Below, piece by piece: positions 1-9,695 of a stretch of 35,735 bases of DNA (its first letter is position 1; each line of letters starts with the position of its first letter). The stretch covers positions 1 through 35,735 of IMG/VR virus record IMGVR_UViG_3300007988_000724. One strand, given 5' to 3'. The position numbers and the translations under genes were made by a program. The notes beneath the pieces are model-generated. The model searched no databases and had not been told where the DNA came from. It saw nothing but the letters and a program-made list of their open reading frames with translations. Source of the stretch: a virus (taxonomy: Duplodnaviria > Caudoviricetes).

Positions 1-989
1 AATTGAGTATTTGATCTAAAAAATTCTGTTCTATTGTGCGTAGTAGGGGCATCTGTATCAACTAACTGAATTCGGGGATCAGTCCCCGAATGTCTTAACG
101 TATTGTTAGTAATTAATAATCGTTCTGTTCCGTCTGTAGATATAGCTATAGTATTACCAAATGGCCTGTAAATGCCAGTATCGGAATCTATGTCCCAAGA
201 AAAACTAGGGGCGGCTGCTGTATCTCCCGCCGGGGCGTGAAATAATGATGCTGTAATTACGCCTACCGCACTGATATTATTAAATACCTGTGTTCCTGCA
301 AATGTTTTAGTTCCAGTTATTGTTTGATCGGTTGTTGTTGTGACTATTGTATTATCTACCGAAAAAGTATTGGCTATTAATGATAATCCTTGACCAGCAA
401 AATATTCAACAGCACTAGCGGTTGTTCCTGCCCCAAATTTAGTCACGATTGCTTGAATAGTCCAATTAGAACTATCGATTACTTCTATAATTCCGGTAGA
501 AAAATTGTTTAATAAAATTCCATCTAATCCAATTATTGCACTTACTGTGGTTGAATCATACCTAACGGCAATGCCGTATGAATCTTCGCCCCAACCAATG
601 CCGCCGGCGACCACATAATTAATTTGTACTCTGTCACCAGGTATATATCCGCTTTCAGCTGATAAATTAACAAGTTCAAAATTAATTAAATCAGGATTCT
701 TCCCTATACCATGTGTACCACCAAACTGTTGGCCATTGGTGAATGAAATCGCAGAACTTCGCCAAATAATACCTTCCGGGGCATTTGATACTTCACTCCA
801 ATATAGTTGGCCGTTGCCGTCTGTTACTAACGATTGGCCGCTGGCTCCCGCTGATGTTGGTAAATAATAAAAACTGCCATTTGCGGAAACCAAAACTCTT
901 GAAAATTTAGCGGTTGCTTGTACTTCTAAACTTCTACTAACTTGTAAGTCTCGGGCAACTTGTAAGTCACCTTTAATATTATACGCCAT
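1..989 (-). CDS. Tail fibre-like structural protein, N-terminal part (runs off the window start; not in ORF track)
   Basis: Manual translation from ATG at 989 (GGAG RBS upstream) is open to the window edge: MAYNIKGDLQVARDLQV...LPTSAGASGQSLVTDGNGQLYW...TDQTITGTKTF...AAAPSFSWDIDSDTGIYRPFGNTIAISTDGTERL. G/S/T-rich, with 'QTITGxKTF' and 'PSFSxxxDxDTGxY' motifs typical of phage fibre proteins. Confidence 0.75.
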   Translation of the reverse strand, partial: MAYNIKGDLQVARDLQVSRSLEVQATAKFSRVLVSANGSFYYLPTSAGASGQSLVTDGNGQLYWSEVSNAPEGIIWRSSAISFTNGQQFGGTHGIGKNPDLINFELVNLSAESGYIPGDRVQINYVVAGGIGWGEDSYGIAVRYDSTTVSAIIGLDGILLNNFSTGIIEVIDSSNWTIQAIVTKFGAGTTASAVEYFAGQGLSLIANTFSVDNTIVTTTTDQTITGTKTFAGTQVFNNISAVGVITASLFHAPAGDTAAAPSFSWDIDSDTGIYRPFGNTIAISTDGTERLLITNNTLRHSGTDPRIQLVDTDAPTTHNRTEFFRSNTQ

Positions 990-1002
990 TTATGCTCCAA
1001 CT

Positions 1003-1026
1003 AACAGGATAAACCAACAGGATAAA
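1003..1026. repeat. 11-bp direct repeat AACAGGATAAA x2 in the divergent intergenic region
   Basis: Copies at 1003-1013 and 1016-1026; a further GGATAAA at 1071-1077. Confidence 0.6.
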
Positions 1027-1028
1027 GT

Positions 1029-1036
1029 TATTTATT
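1029..1036 (-). promoter_or_regulatory. Possible late promoter variant AATAAATA upstream of the tail fibre-like gene
   Basis: One mismatch to the T4 late box TATAAATA, 40 nt upstream of the start; AT-rich context lowers certainty. Confidence 0.35.
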
Positions 1037-1117
1037 GTTTATTTTATCAAATTATAATAAAGTAAAATATGGATAAAGTAAATTTATTAAATGAAAAAGA
1101 ATTACAAAGGATGCTAC

Positions 1118-1900
1118 ATGCAACAAAAAATTTTATTGTCAGAACAATTTTTAATAACATGTAGAGATTTAATTTCACAAACATCAAATTTGGATATATT
1201 TTTTAGTCAACGAAAACTTATGAAATTTGTTGATGTTAATTATGAAAATCTTTGTAAACGTTTATCATTATTAGAACAAAATAACTTTGATATCATATAT
1301 TGGCGACCAATATTACTTGATGCTTTTAGTAAGGGGCAAGTAAAGAGTAAAATTTGGTTGGTAAAAGAATTATTAAAAATAGATACTTTAGAAAACAAAA
1401 CCGTGTTTATTTTGGGTGGATGGATTGGTATTTTGCCATTGCTTTTGTTTTGGCATACCTCCGTAAATATTATTCGAAATATAGAACTTGATGAAAAATG
1501 CATAGATATAAGTGATTGGCTATTAAAAGAATTTATGATAGATAATTTCAGGTATAAAACAATCCACGAGGACATGACAAAAATTAATTATTCTAAATTT
1601 AATTTTACTACACCGACCTATGAAAAAACAAAATTAATAAACAAAATAGAAGTTCCAGACATCATTATTAATACTAGTTGCGATCATTTGAGAAATTTTA
1701 GCAATTGGTGGGATTTAATTCCAAATGGCAAAATGTTTGCTATACAAAATAACAATTTTGAAGAGATAAATGATCATACCAATATTGTTAATAGTTTGGA
1801 AGAATTTAAAAGTCAATTAGGCAAATGCAATAAAATATTATATGAAGGCGAATTAGAAACCGACAAATATAATAGGTATATGATTATTGGAATAAAATAA
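1118..1900 (+). CDS. Class I SAM-dependent methyltransferase-like protein
   Basis: VFILGGWIG Gly-rich motif I, NIELD acidic motif II, DIIINTSCDH. Start moved to 1118 (AAGGA RBS at 1107-1111); track start is 1091. Confidence 0.65.
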   Translation: MQQKILLSEQFLITCRDLISQTSNLDIFFSQRKLMKFVDVNYENLCKRLSLLEQNNFDIIYWRPILLDAFSKGQVKSKIWLVKELLKIDTLENKTVFILGGWIGILPLLLFWHTSVNIIRNIELDEKCIDISDWLLKEFMIDNFRYKTIHEDMTKINYSKFNFTTPTYEKTKLINKIEVPDIIINTSCDHLRNFSNWWDLIPNGKMFAIQNNNFEEINDHTNIVNSLEEFKSQLGKCNKILYEGELETDKYNRYMIIGIK

Positions 1901-2970
1901 TGTATTTATATTCTGAAATCAAACAAATTCATTTAGAAATAACTCAGAAATGCCAAGCAAGTTGCCCAATGTGTGATAGAAACATGAATGGTAGTGGATT
2001 GAATCCGCATATCAATTTAGCAGAGTTAACATTATCAGATTGTGAAAATATATTTAATAAACCCCTTATATCACAATTAAATTCTATGTATATGTGCGGA
2101 AATTTGGGAGACCCAATAATAGCAAATGATACTTTATCGGTTTTTGAGTATTTTAGAAATACTAATAATAAAATATGGTTAGGGATGAATACAAATGGGG
2201 GTGCTAGGTCATCTGATTGGTGGAGAAATCTTGCTGACATTTTGGGGGCGCGTGGCGTAGTAACTTTTTCAATTGACGGGTTAGAAGATACCAATCATAT
2301 ATATCGTCAAAATGTTATTTGGAGTAACATAATCAAAAATGCAAAGTCTTTTATTGCTGCCGGTGGTCGCGCCAAATGGGATTTTTTAATTTTTGATCAT
2401 AACCAACATCAATTAGAACAAGCAGAATTTCTTAGTAAAAAATTAGGCTTTGAAAAATTTGTTGCTAAAAAAACAGGAAGATTTTTGTATGCAAATACAG
2501 CAAAAAAAGATGAACATATTAGTTATAATAAAAATGATAAATTTTCAATTAAAAAACCAAAAGATGAATATACCAATAATTCATTGAAAAAACAAGATAA
2601 CATCATTAATAAATACAAATCGATGGATAACTATTATGACCAAACTTTAATACAATGCAAAGTTAAAGATGAAGGAAGTTTATTTATTACTGCCGAAGGG
2701 TTAGCGTTCCCTTGTTGTTGGACTGCTGGGAGAATGTATAAATGGTGGCATAAAGATCCAACTATTGAACAAATTTGGAATTTTATTGAAGAGATAGGCG
2801 GCAAAGAAAAACTCAATGCAAAAAATGGTTTAGAAAATGTTTTTAAAACTGGTATATTTGAAAATATTGAACGCAGCTGGTCCAAAAAAAATTGTTCAGA
2901 TGGAAAATTAAAAGTATGTTCAATGAAATGTGGAATCGGCTTTGATCCGTTTGGGGATCAATTCAAATGA
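1900..2970 (+). CDS. Radical SAM protein with C-terminal Cys-rich (SPASM/twitch-like) domain
   Basis: CQASCPMC (CxxxCxxC), CGNLGDP, TNG, FSIDG; C-terminal C...FPCC...CSMKC. Confidence 0.9.
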   Translation: MYLYSEIKQIHLEITQKCQASCPMCDRNMNGSGLNPHINLAELTLSDCENIFNKPLISQLNSMYMCGNLGDPIIANDTLSVFEYFRNTNNKIWLGMNTNGGARSSDWWRNLADILGARGVVTFSIDGLEDTNHIYRQNVIWSNIIKNAKSFIAAGGRAKWDFLIFDHNQHQLEQAEFLSKKLGFEKFVAKKTGRFLYANTAKKDEHISYNKNDKFSIKKPKDEYTNNSLKKQDNIINKYKSMDNYYDQTLIQCKVKDEGSLFITAEGLAFPCCWTAGRMYKWWHKDPTIEQIWNFIEEIGGKEKLNAKNGLENVFKTGIFENIERSWSKKNCSDGKLKVCSMKCGIGFDPFGDQFK

Positions 2971-3917
2971 TTGTAAATATTTTTGAGAATACAGCAAAAA
3001 GAGCCAATCAATATTATGAAATACAAGATGCTAACTTTGGTATTTCTGCTTGGAATTCGTACTTGCACGATCATAATTTTTATTATATTACATTTGATAA
3101 AATACTTGATAATCAAATAGAATTATTTCCATCACTAGCCAATGTTAATATTCAACATTATTTAAATTCAAAAGAATTTTATGAAAAAAGAGGTGTTACA
3201 CAAGAATGTTTTATCCAACAAGCAAGACAAGAACATGAATATTTAAAAAAGTATGACACATCATTTTTTGATATATTACATAATACTCTTTTTATGGCAA
3301 AAATGTTTAATCAACTATCTTATTTAACAAAAGAAATATATAAAAAGGGGTATTATAATTATCCTACATTATATTTTGAAGATAATTCAAACATGCTACA
3401 TTACAAAATATATGTCCATCCCGGACAGCATTTGTATTGGGTTAAGATGTTTCTAAAATTAGATACATGCTCATTTTTTTCTGTTCATAAAAAACATTTA
3501 AACATATTTAATGATTTGATTAATAAAAATATCATACATATTATCAAAGAATTAAGTAATTCAAATGATATATATGATATTTTTAAGAAAAAAAATATAC
3601 GTTCAGAGGATATAAATGGCTTCGTGTGCCAAGAAGGCAATTCGGTCGTGCCTACAATAAATTGCACTATTCCAAATGATACTGAATGGAGCAAATTTGA
3701 AGAAAATGGATTAAATTTGTGGCCTTGGCAGAAAGTAAATTTATTACATGAATGGGTTTTGACTCAGCCTTGGGTTAGCATTTTTACAAAAAATGAAGAC
3801 CCAAATAGATATGTATTAATTAAAAATCATTTTACTGATAAAACCAAAATGTTAAATAATTTATATGCTTTTTTATTACTAAATATTAATGAAGATTTAA
3901 ATTTTAGGAGAAAATAA
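2967..3917 (+). CDS. Hypothetical protein
   Basis: 316-aa ORF with ATGA coupling to the upstream gene; no recognised family. Confidence 0.7.
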   Translation: MIVNIFENTAKRANQYYEIQDANFGISAWNSYLHDHNFYYITFDKILDNQIELFPSLANVNIQHYLNSKEFYEKRGVTQECFIQQARQEHEYLKKYDTSFFDILHNTLFMAKMFNQLSYLTKEIYKKGYYNYPTLYFEDNSNMLHYKIYVHPGQHLYWVKMFLKLDTCSFFSVHKKHLNIFNDLINKNIIHIIKELSNSNDIYDIFKKKNIRSEDINGFVCQEGNSVVPTINCTIPNDTEWSKFEENGLNLWPWQKVNLLHEWVLTQPWVSIFTKNEDPNRYVLIKNHFTDKTKMLNNLYAFLLLNINEDLNFRRK

Positions 3918-3918
3918 T

Positions 3919-4611
3919 ATGCCCTCAGTTGCAGTTATTATTGCCGCAAGAATGAAAAGTACAAGATTCCCAAATAAACCATTGGTTTATTTGGGAGATA
4001 AGCCAATGATACGGCGCACTTTTGATAATGCCGAAAAAGCCGGATATGATACGTTTGTTTTGTCAGATTCACAAGAAGTATTAAATGAAATTCCGGCGGA
4101 TAATCGTATTATGACATCAACCGAATGCAGAGACGGAACACATCGATGTATGACTGTAATTGGCAGTAAAATAAACTATGACATATATGTATATGTTCAA
4201 GGCGATTTTCCTGATATAGATGTTGAATCAATAACCAATACCGTAAATCATATGTCGGAGACGGATTCAATAATGTCACATGCATACACCAATTGGATAG
4301 ATGAAGAAGAAAAACATCTTCCTGGCAGAATTAGTATGATACATGCTAACGGAATAATGCGATGGACTACTAGAGCCATACTACCATATGGTGATAAAGT
4401 AGTTGGGTTATATGGTTATAGAAATGAAGCGGCTAAATTCTATGAAAAAACGAAGTTATATAATGCATATTTATCGGAAAAAATTGACGTTTTGGTTTGG
4501 TTAGAAAATGGCTATTACCCAACTGTATATAAAGTACCATTTAATAGTATTGATATTAATTTTCCAGAAGATGTAAATGAATGGAATAGGTTACATGGCG
4601 TACATTTATAA
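3919..4611 (+). CDS. kdsB: CMP-Kdo synthetase-like cytidylyltransferase (divergent)
   Basis: IIAARMKSTRFPNKPL, GTHR, VQGDFP, GLYGY, WLENG, DINFPED; AGGAG RBS. Confidence 0.85.
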   Translation: MPSVAVIIAARMKSTRFPNKPLVYLGDKPMIRRTFDNAEKAGYDTFVLSDSQEVLNEIPADNRIMTSTECRDGTHRCMTVIGSKINYDIYVYVQGDFPDIDVESITNTVNHMSETDSIMSHAYTNWIDEEEKHLPGRISMIHANGIMRWTTRAILPYGDKVVGLYGYRNEAAKFYEKTKLYNAYLSEKIDVLVWLENGYYPTVYKVPFNSIDINFPEDVNEWNRLHGVHL

Positions 4612-5161
4612 TGATTTAATCCCTGCATTCATCCCAAAAGATACTATTACAACAATATTAAATATAATTAATAATTATAAACCAAGATCAATTATTGAAT
4701 TTATGCCCGGCGCGGGTCCATTAACTTGGCATATTCTAACTAATTTTGATTTTATATTGTCGTATCATGCAGTTGATAAATGGGAATCTTGCGGAAGAAA
4801 AAAATTAAAAAGAGACGGTATCGACGGAGTCTTAGATAAATCATTATTTTTGAAATATAATAATTTCAAAAATTTAACATATGAACAAAATGACTTTATT
4901 AAATTTACTAATGAAGACAATTTTGATTTATGGATTTTTGACCATGATGTTGCTGAAGATTATTATCAAAATAAATCAAATATTATTTTTGATAATATAT
5001 ATGTAATTTTTAATAAGATAAAAAAAGATAAATTTTTATTATTTTATCAGATAGAGCATAAAGTAGAATTTAGAAAAGCTATCAATAAATTAATTGATAT
5101 GTTGTCTTCTGATATATGTTATATAGACAACGATGTAATAATGATAAGAAAAACATTATAA
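4595..5161 (+). CDS. Putative class I SAM-dependent methyltransferase-like protein
   Basis: IIEFMPGAG motif I, YHAVDKW, FDLWIFDHD. Start is 4595 or 4577. Confidence 0.55.
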   Translation: MAYIYNDLIPAFIPKDTITTILNIINNYKPRSIIEFMPGAGPLTWHILTNFDFILSYHAVDKWESCGRKKLKRDGIDGVLDKSLFLKYNNFKNLTYEQNDFIKFTNEDNFDLWIFDHDVAEDYYQNKSNIIFDNIYVIFNKIKKDKFLLFYQIEHKVEFRKAINKLIDMLSSDICYIDNDVIMIRKTL

Positions 5162-6358
5162 ATGAATAAAACATTTTGCCCATATCCATTTTATCATATT
5201 TGCACTACTTCTGATTCTAAATTTAGATTATGCTGCCATAGTAAAGATATAGAAACTAAAGAAAAATATTCTATTGATGAATGGTGGAACAGCAACGAAA
5301 TAAATGATCGAAGGCAACAATTATTATCTGGGATACCCATACCAGAATGCAGCAAATGTTACAAATTAGAAAAAGAAAATATCAATTCACCAAGAATGGC
5401 GCAATTAGAGCAATTGAACAATAAAACCAAGTTCGCCGATAAAAAATATAGTAATATAAATAATTGGCGTAAAAATTATAACGTAGTTCCACTAAGTTTG
5501 GATCTAAGATTCAGTAACAAATGTAATTTAAAATGTAGAATGTGCAACCCATATTCAAGTTCAAGTGTGGGGGATGAAATCAAAAAACACAAGGAATTAA
5601 CGGAAATAAAAGAGTATTATTGGCCAGATTTTAATAATGATTTTAATGATAGTCTCCCCCCAAAATATATTTTTGATAATTTAAATTCAATAGAACGTCT
5701 TAGAATAACCGGGGGAGAACCGTTTTACTCACCTGAATTTTATGAATTAGTAAATATATTGGAAAAAACATCATTGGATCAAAAGATACGAATAAAAGTT
5801 ATATCAAATGGAAGTTTTTTTAGTAATAGAATTATTGAGCAAATATCAAAATCCCCAATAGATATGCACTTAGAAATAAGTATTGACGGCATAAATGATG
5901 AATATAATTACATACGATATCCTGCCAAATGGCACAGAATCAGTAAAAATTTAATTAATTTTAATAATGCTAAAATTCCTATGAACGTAACTATTACAGT
6001 TCAAATTTTAAATATTATCAATATAGTAGAAATGCTATCATGGTTTGATTTACACAAGATTGTATGGGATGGAATGTTATTAGATGATCCCGACATATAT
6101 AATATTAATTGGTTGCCTCCCAAGATATCAAACATTGTAATAAATGATATTGAAAAATATAGAATCAACAAAACATTCACAGTTGAACAAGAATGTTTGT
6201 TAAATAATATTATTAATAGATTATCTGTTTCAAAATTTGATAAAGTTGTATGTAATCAATTTTTAAAAGTAACATCGGTATATGATAAAATTCGAAAACA
6301 AAGTTTTCAAGAAGTACATCCAATTTTATATAATGAAATCAACAAACTGCTTCATTAA
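5162..6358 (+). CDS. Radical SAM protein with N-terminal twitch-like domain
   Basis: N-terminal FCPYPF...LCC...ECSKC; core CNLKCRMC, TGGEP, SNG, ISIDG, YIRYP. Confidence 0.92.
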   Translation: MNKTFCPYPFYHICTTSDSKFRLCCHSKDIETKEKYSIDEWWNSNEINDRRQQLLSGIPIPECSKCYKLEKENINSPRMAQLEQLNNKTKFADKKYSNINNWRKNYNVVPLSLDLRFSNKCNLKCRMCNPYSSSSVGDEIKKHKELTEIKEYYWPDFNNDFNDSLPPKYIFDNLNSIERLRITGGEPFYSPEFYELVNILEKTSLDQKIRIKVISNGSFFSNRIIEQISKSPIDMHLEISIDGINDEYNYIRYPAKWHRISKNLINFNNAKIPMNVTITVQILNIINIVEMLSWFDLHKIVWDGMLLDDPDIYNINWLPPKISNIVINDIEKYRINKTFTVEQECLLNNIINRLSVSKFDKVVCNQFLKVTSVYDKIRKQSFQEVHPILYNEINKLLH

Positions 6359-6368
6359 AAATATAAGT

Positions 6369-6376
6369 TATAAATA
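6369..6376 (+). promoter_or_regulatory. T4-type late promoter TATAAATA
   Basis: Exact octamer in a 44-nt intergenic gap, 26 nt before the 6403 start. Confidence 0.55.
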
Positions 6377-6402
6377 ATTTTACTGTTTGGAATAAAATAT
6401 AA

Positions 6403-7794
6403 ATGAATATAAAAGACATAGAAAAATTAGTTAATTCGAATACATTTTGTATATTGCCTTGGATACATTTATCAACTCGTCCGGGCGGCACAGTACGAGT
6501 GTGCTGTACGGCCAATGCATCATCAGTTGGCCCCACAAATGATAGAGAACATGGCGGGCAAGTTGGGTTACTTAAAAATGATGTAGGCAGTCCTGAAAAT
6601 ATTAATGATAAAACATTCTTAGAAATATGGAATAATGATTATATGAAAAACGTACGGCGTCTTATGATGGCAAACGGAAAACCGCCATCATGTTTAAAAT
6701 GTTATAAAGAAGAAGCCGCCGGACACAGATCAAAAAGATATTGGGAAACCGAATATTGGAGTCAAAGAGTTGATATTTCTGAATTATTGAATGAAACTGC
6801 AACAGATGGGTCGGTTCCGCCAAAAGTTAGATATGTTGATTTACGCATGGGCTCCAAATGTCAGCTCAAATGTATTATGTGTTCGCCGCACGATTCATCA
6901 CAATGGATACCTGATTGGTTATCAGTATATCCCACTGTGCAAAATCAAAATCTTAAAGAAACATTTAACTGGTCAAAAACAGGCAATGATGCTCATTATA
7001 ATTGGCATAAAAATAATCCAAAATTTTGGGATGAGTTATATGAGCAAATACCGCATATGAGACAATTGTATTTTGCAGGCGGAGAATCCACGATAATTGA
7101 AGAACATTATACCCTGCTAGAAAAAGTAATTGAAATGGGATTTGCCAATCAAATAGAATTAAGATACAATTCGAATGGGGTCGAAATGCCTGATAGAATA
7201 TTTAAACTATGGGATGAATTTAAACATGTAAGATTCCATTATAGTATAGATTCTATAGGTGTAATGAACGATTATATTCGTTATCCCAGTAAGTGGAAAC
7301 ATCAATTAAAAATATTTGATCTGCTTGATAATACAAACAATAATGTAGAGGTAACAGTAGTCTGCGCGGTTCAAGTTTTAAACATATACTATATACCTGA
7401 TTTTGTTAAATGGAAACTAGAGAAAAAATATAAAAAAATAAACCCATGGCCGCTGGGCACAGGACTAATAAATTGGCATTTTGTTTACCACCCACCACAT
7501 ATGAATGTTAAAGTTTTGCCCAAATGGTTTAAAGAAAAATGTAAGAAAAAATATGAAGAATTTTATCCATGGTTAGAAGAAAATTGGCATTTATCGGGCG
7601 CGCCGTCTAAAGAAGCTTTTTTAAATTCTGCATATGGAATTAAACGAATGAAGGGTATGATCAATTTTATGATGAGCGAGGATTGGTCTGTTCGATTGCC
7701 CGAATTAAAAGAATATTTGGAGATAATGGACAACCATAGAAATATTTCCTTTAATAGTGTATTTCCCGAAATGAAGGATATTTTTAATGGCTGA
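6403..7794 (+). CDS. Radical SAM protein with N-terminal twitch-like domain
   Basis: FCILPW...VCC...SCLKC; CQLKCIMC, AGGE, NSNG, SIDS, YIRYP. Confidence 0.93.
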   Translation: MNIKDIEKLVNSNTFCILPWIHLSTRPGGTVRVCCTANASSVGPTNDREHGGQVGLLKNDVGSPENINDKTFLEIWNNDYMKNVRRLMMANGKPPSCLKCYKEEAAGHRSKRYWETEYWSQRVDISELLNETATDGSVPPKVRYVDLRMGSKCQLKCIMCSPHDSSQWIPDWLSVYPTVQNQNLKETFNWSKTGNDAHYNWHKNNPKFWDELYEQIPHMRQLYFAGGESTIIEEHYTLLEKVIEMGFANQIELRYNSNGVEMPDRIFKLWDEFKHVRFHYSIDSIGVMNDYIRYPSKWKHQLKIFDLLDNTNNNVEVTVVCAVQVLNIYYIPDFVKWKLEKKYKKINPWPLGTGLINWHFVYHPPHMNVKVLPKWFKEKCKKKYEEFYPWLEENWHLSGAPSKEAFLNSAYGIKRMKGMINFMMSEDWSVRLPELKEYLEIMDNHRNISFNSVFPEMKDIFNG

Positions 7795-8830
7795 ATGTTT
7801 GCTATTCAAGCATGGATTGGTGTTATCTACAAAAAGTATTGTTAAACCATGCTGCATTTATAAACACAACAAAGATGAAAATTTTTTGTTTACGATTAAT
7901 GATTTTAGATCGCATTTTGACGATCTTTACGAAAAAAGCAAAGTTGATTGGTTACCCGGTTGCTATAATTGTAAGACAGATGAAGATAACCAACGCACTA
8001 GTATGCGTCAGAGATATAATAGGTTTTTAAAAGAAGAAAAATCAAATGATATAAAATATTTAGATTTAAAATTGAATAATACTTGTAATTTATTGTGTGT
8101 TATGTGCTCTCCAGAAATAAGTTCAACATGGAAAAAGGTTTATAATAAAAACAAAAAAGAATTAGAAATTTTTAATTTTGGTAATTCATTAGAAAAATAC
8201 CCGTATCAATCTAAATTAGAATTTGTAACCAAGTATTTAAATAACTTAAATATGATAAAATTTACAGGCGGGGAACCAATGCTAATCAAAGAAGTCAAAA
8301 CTTTGATTAATTATTTAATAGACAATAATTTATCAAACAAAATTATATTACGTATGATTACTAATGGGACAGTAGAATTAGATGATTATTGGAAAAGAGT
8401 GTTTAAATCTTTCAAACGAACTCGGGTAACAATAAGCGTTGACGCAATAAACTCTAGATATGAATATATAAGAAAAGGTGCTTCTTGGGATAAAACAGCC
8501 AAAAATATTAAAATATATAATGATTATTTAGATGAAATAACCATTGAAATGGTTTCAATGAGCATAAATGCTCGTTATAAAAATATATTTTTAGAATGGT
8601 GTTATAAAAATAATTATGAGAGTGGTTTAAATTCTTTAATAGGTGTCGATTACTTATCCTATAAATCGTTAAATAATGATTTACGAGCAAAATACGGAAT
8701 AGAAACTAATTTATTATATGACCATACTAAGTTTTTAGAATTAGAGGCAAAAATGAAAGCATTGGATAAAATTTATAATACCGCATTTGAAAAGGAATGT
8801 GATGAATTTTATACAGCTTCGTCGCATTAG
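7787..8830 (+). CDS. Radical SAM protein with N-terminal twitch-like domain
   Basis: ECLL...PCC...GCYNC; CNLLCVMC, TGGEP, TNG, SVDA, YIR. Confidence 0.92.
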   Translation: MAECLLFKHGLVLSTKSIVKPCCIYKHNKDENFLFTINDFRSHFDDLYEKSKVDWLPGCYNCKTDEDNQRTSMRQRYNRFLKEEKSNDIKYLDLKLNNTCNLLCVMCSPEISSTWKKVYNKNKKELEIFNFGNSLEKYPYQSKLEFVTKYLNNLNMIKFTGGEPMLIKEVKTLINYLIDNNLSNKIILRMITNGTVELDDYWKRVFKSFKRTRVTISVDAINSRYEYIRKGASWDKTAKNIKIYNDYLDEITIEMVSMSINARYKNIFLEWCYKNNYESGLNSLIGVDYLSYKSLNNDLRAKYGIETNLLYDHTKFLELEAKMKALDKIYNTAFEKECDEFYTASSH

Positions 8831-8927
8831 CATTACATTACATTTGAACTTGATAATTCACAATACGAATTAATTTGAAATTAATAGAATAATAATTTAT
8901 GATAAAATATAATCAATAGGGAATAAA

Positions 8928-9695
8928 ATGAAAACATATGATGAATCCTTTCCAAAACAGCATTTGGGTTTAATGACACAATATTGGGGTAAAGTTTCAT
9001 CCATCAACCTTTTTAGTGAAGCAGACCTATTGGAATTAGAAAAAATTTCTCACCAAACCGGAAGAAGGTATAGGAAATACAACGGCGGCACTTTTATTAT
9101 TTCTGGAATAAACTGGGGTAGTATGTATGATATGCTGTACCCAAAATTAAAGACTTGTTTGGCTTATATACGAGAAGATGATATAATTTCTGGAAATTTG
9201 TACATTACTCGGGCATCATATGGCCTGCATTTGGACGGTATTGATGAAAATGAAGTTAGTACAGGGTATGTGCCCATTAAAAGTTTTTTAATACCGCTAT
9301 GGAATTTGCCAAAAAAGAAAGTATCAAGTTTGATTTTTATGAGTAATAGATTTTTGGGTTTTGAAAGAACATTCCAAAAAGGTTATGAGAATAGCAACCC
9401 ATATTTTGTTGATAAGTTGCCAAATATATATGATTACAGTGACATTACGTGGTATAATTATGATAAAACGGAATTAGACAAGAACGATAAATTTGATAAA
9501 TCAATACATCATGCATATCTTCCTCATATAAAATTAGAAACATTTGATGAAATGAAAGTAGAAGAAATTGTAAATTTTGTTCCAGGTGAATTAATTATTT
9601 TTGATACATTACAATTACATGTATCTACTAACATTAATGTGTCTAATGTAAACTTAAAATCAGGCATACGTTTAATTTTATGGAGGAAATTATAA
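8928..9695 (+). CDS. Putative 2OG-Fe(II) oxygenase-like (DSBH fold) protein
   Basis: HxD (GLHLD) plus a distal His in GELIIFDTLQLHVS and a terminal basic residue in KSGIR; GGGA RBS. Confidence 0.55.
   Translation: MKTYDESFPKQHLGLMTQYWGKVSSINLFSEADLLELEKISHQTGRRYRKYNGGTFIISGINWGSMYDMLYPKLKTCLAYIREDDIISGNLYITRASYGLHLDGIDENEVSTGYVPIKSFLIPLWNLPKKKVSSLIFMSNRFLGFERTFQKGYENSNPYFVDKLPNIYDYSDITWYNYDKTELDKNDKFDKSIHHAYLPHIKLETFDEMKVEEIVNFVPGELIIFDTLQLHVSTNINVSNVNLKSGIRLILWRKL

Noticed and set aside
8828-8878. TAG read-through or alternative genetic code (frame continues 15 codons)
   Set aside because: Genes are full length under the standard code, and the broken genes are explained by indels, not in-frame TAG/TGA.
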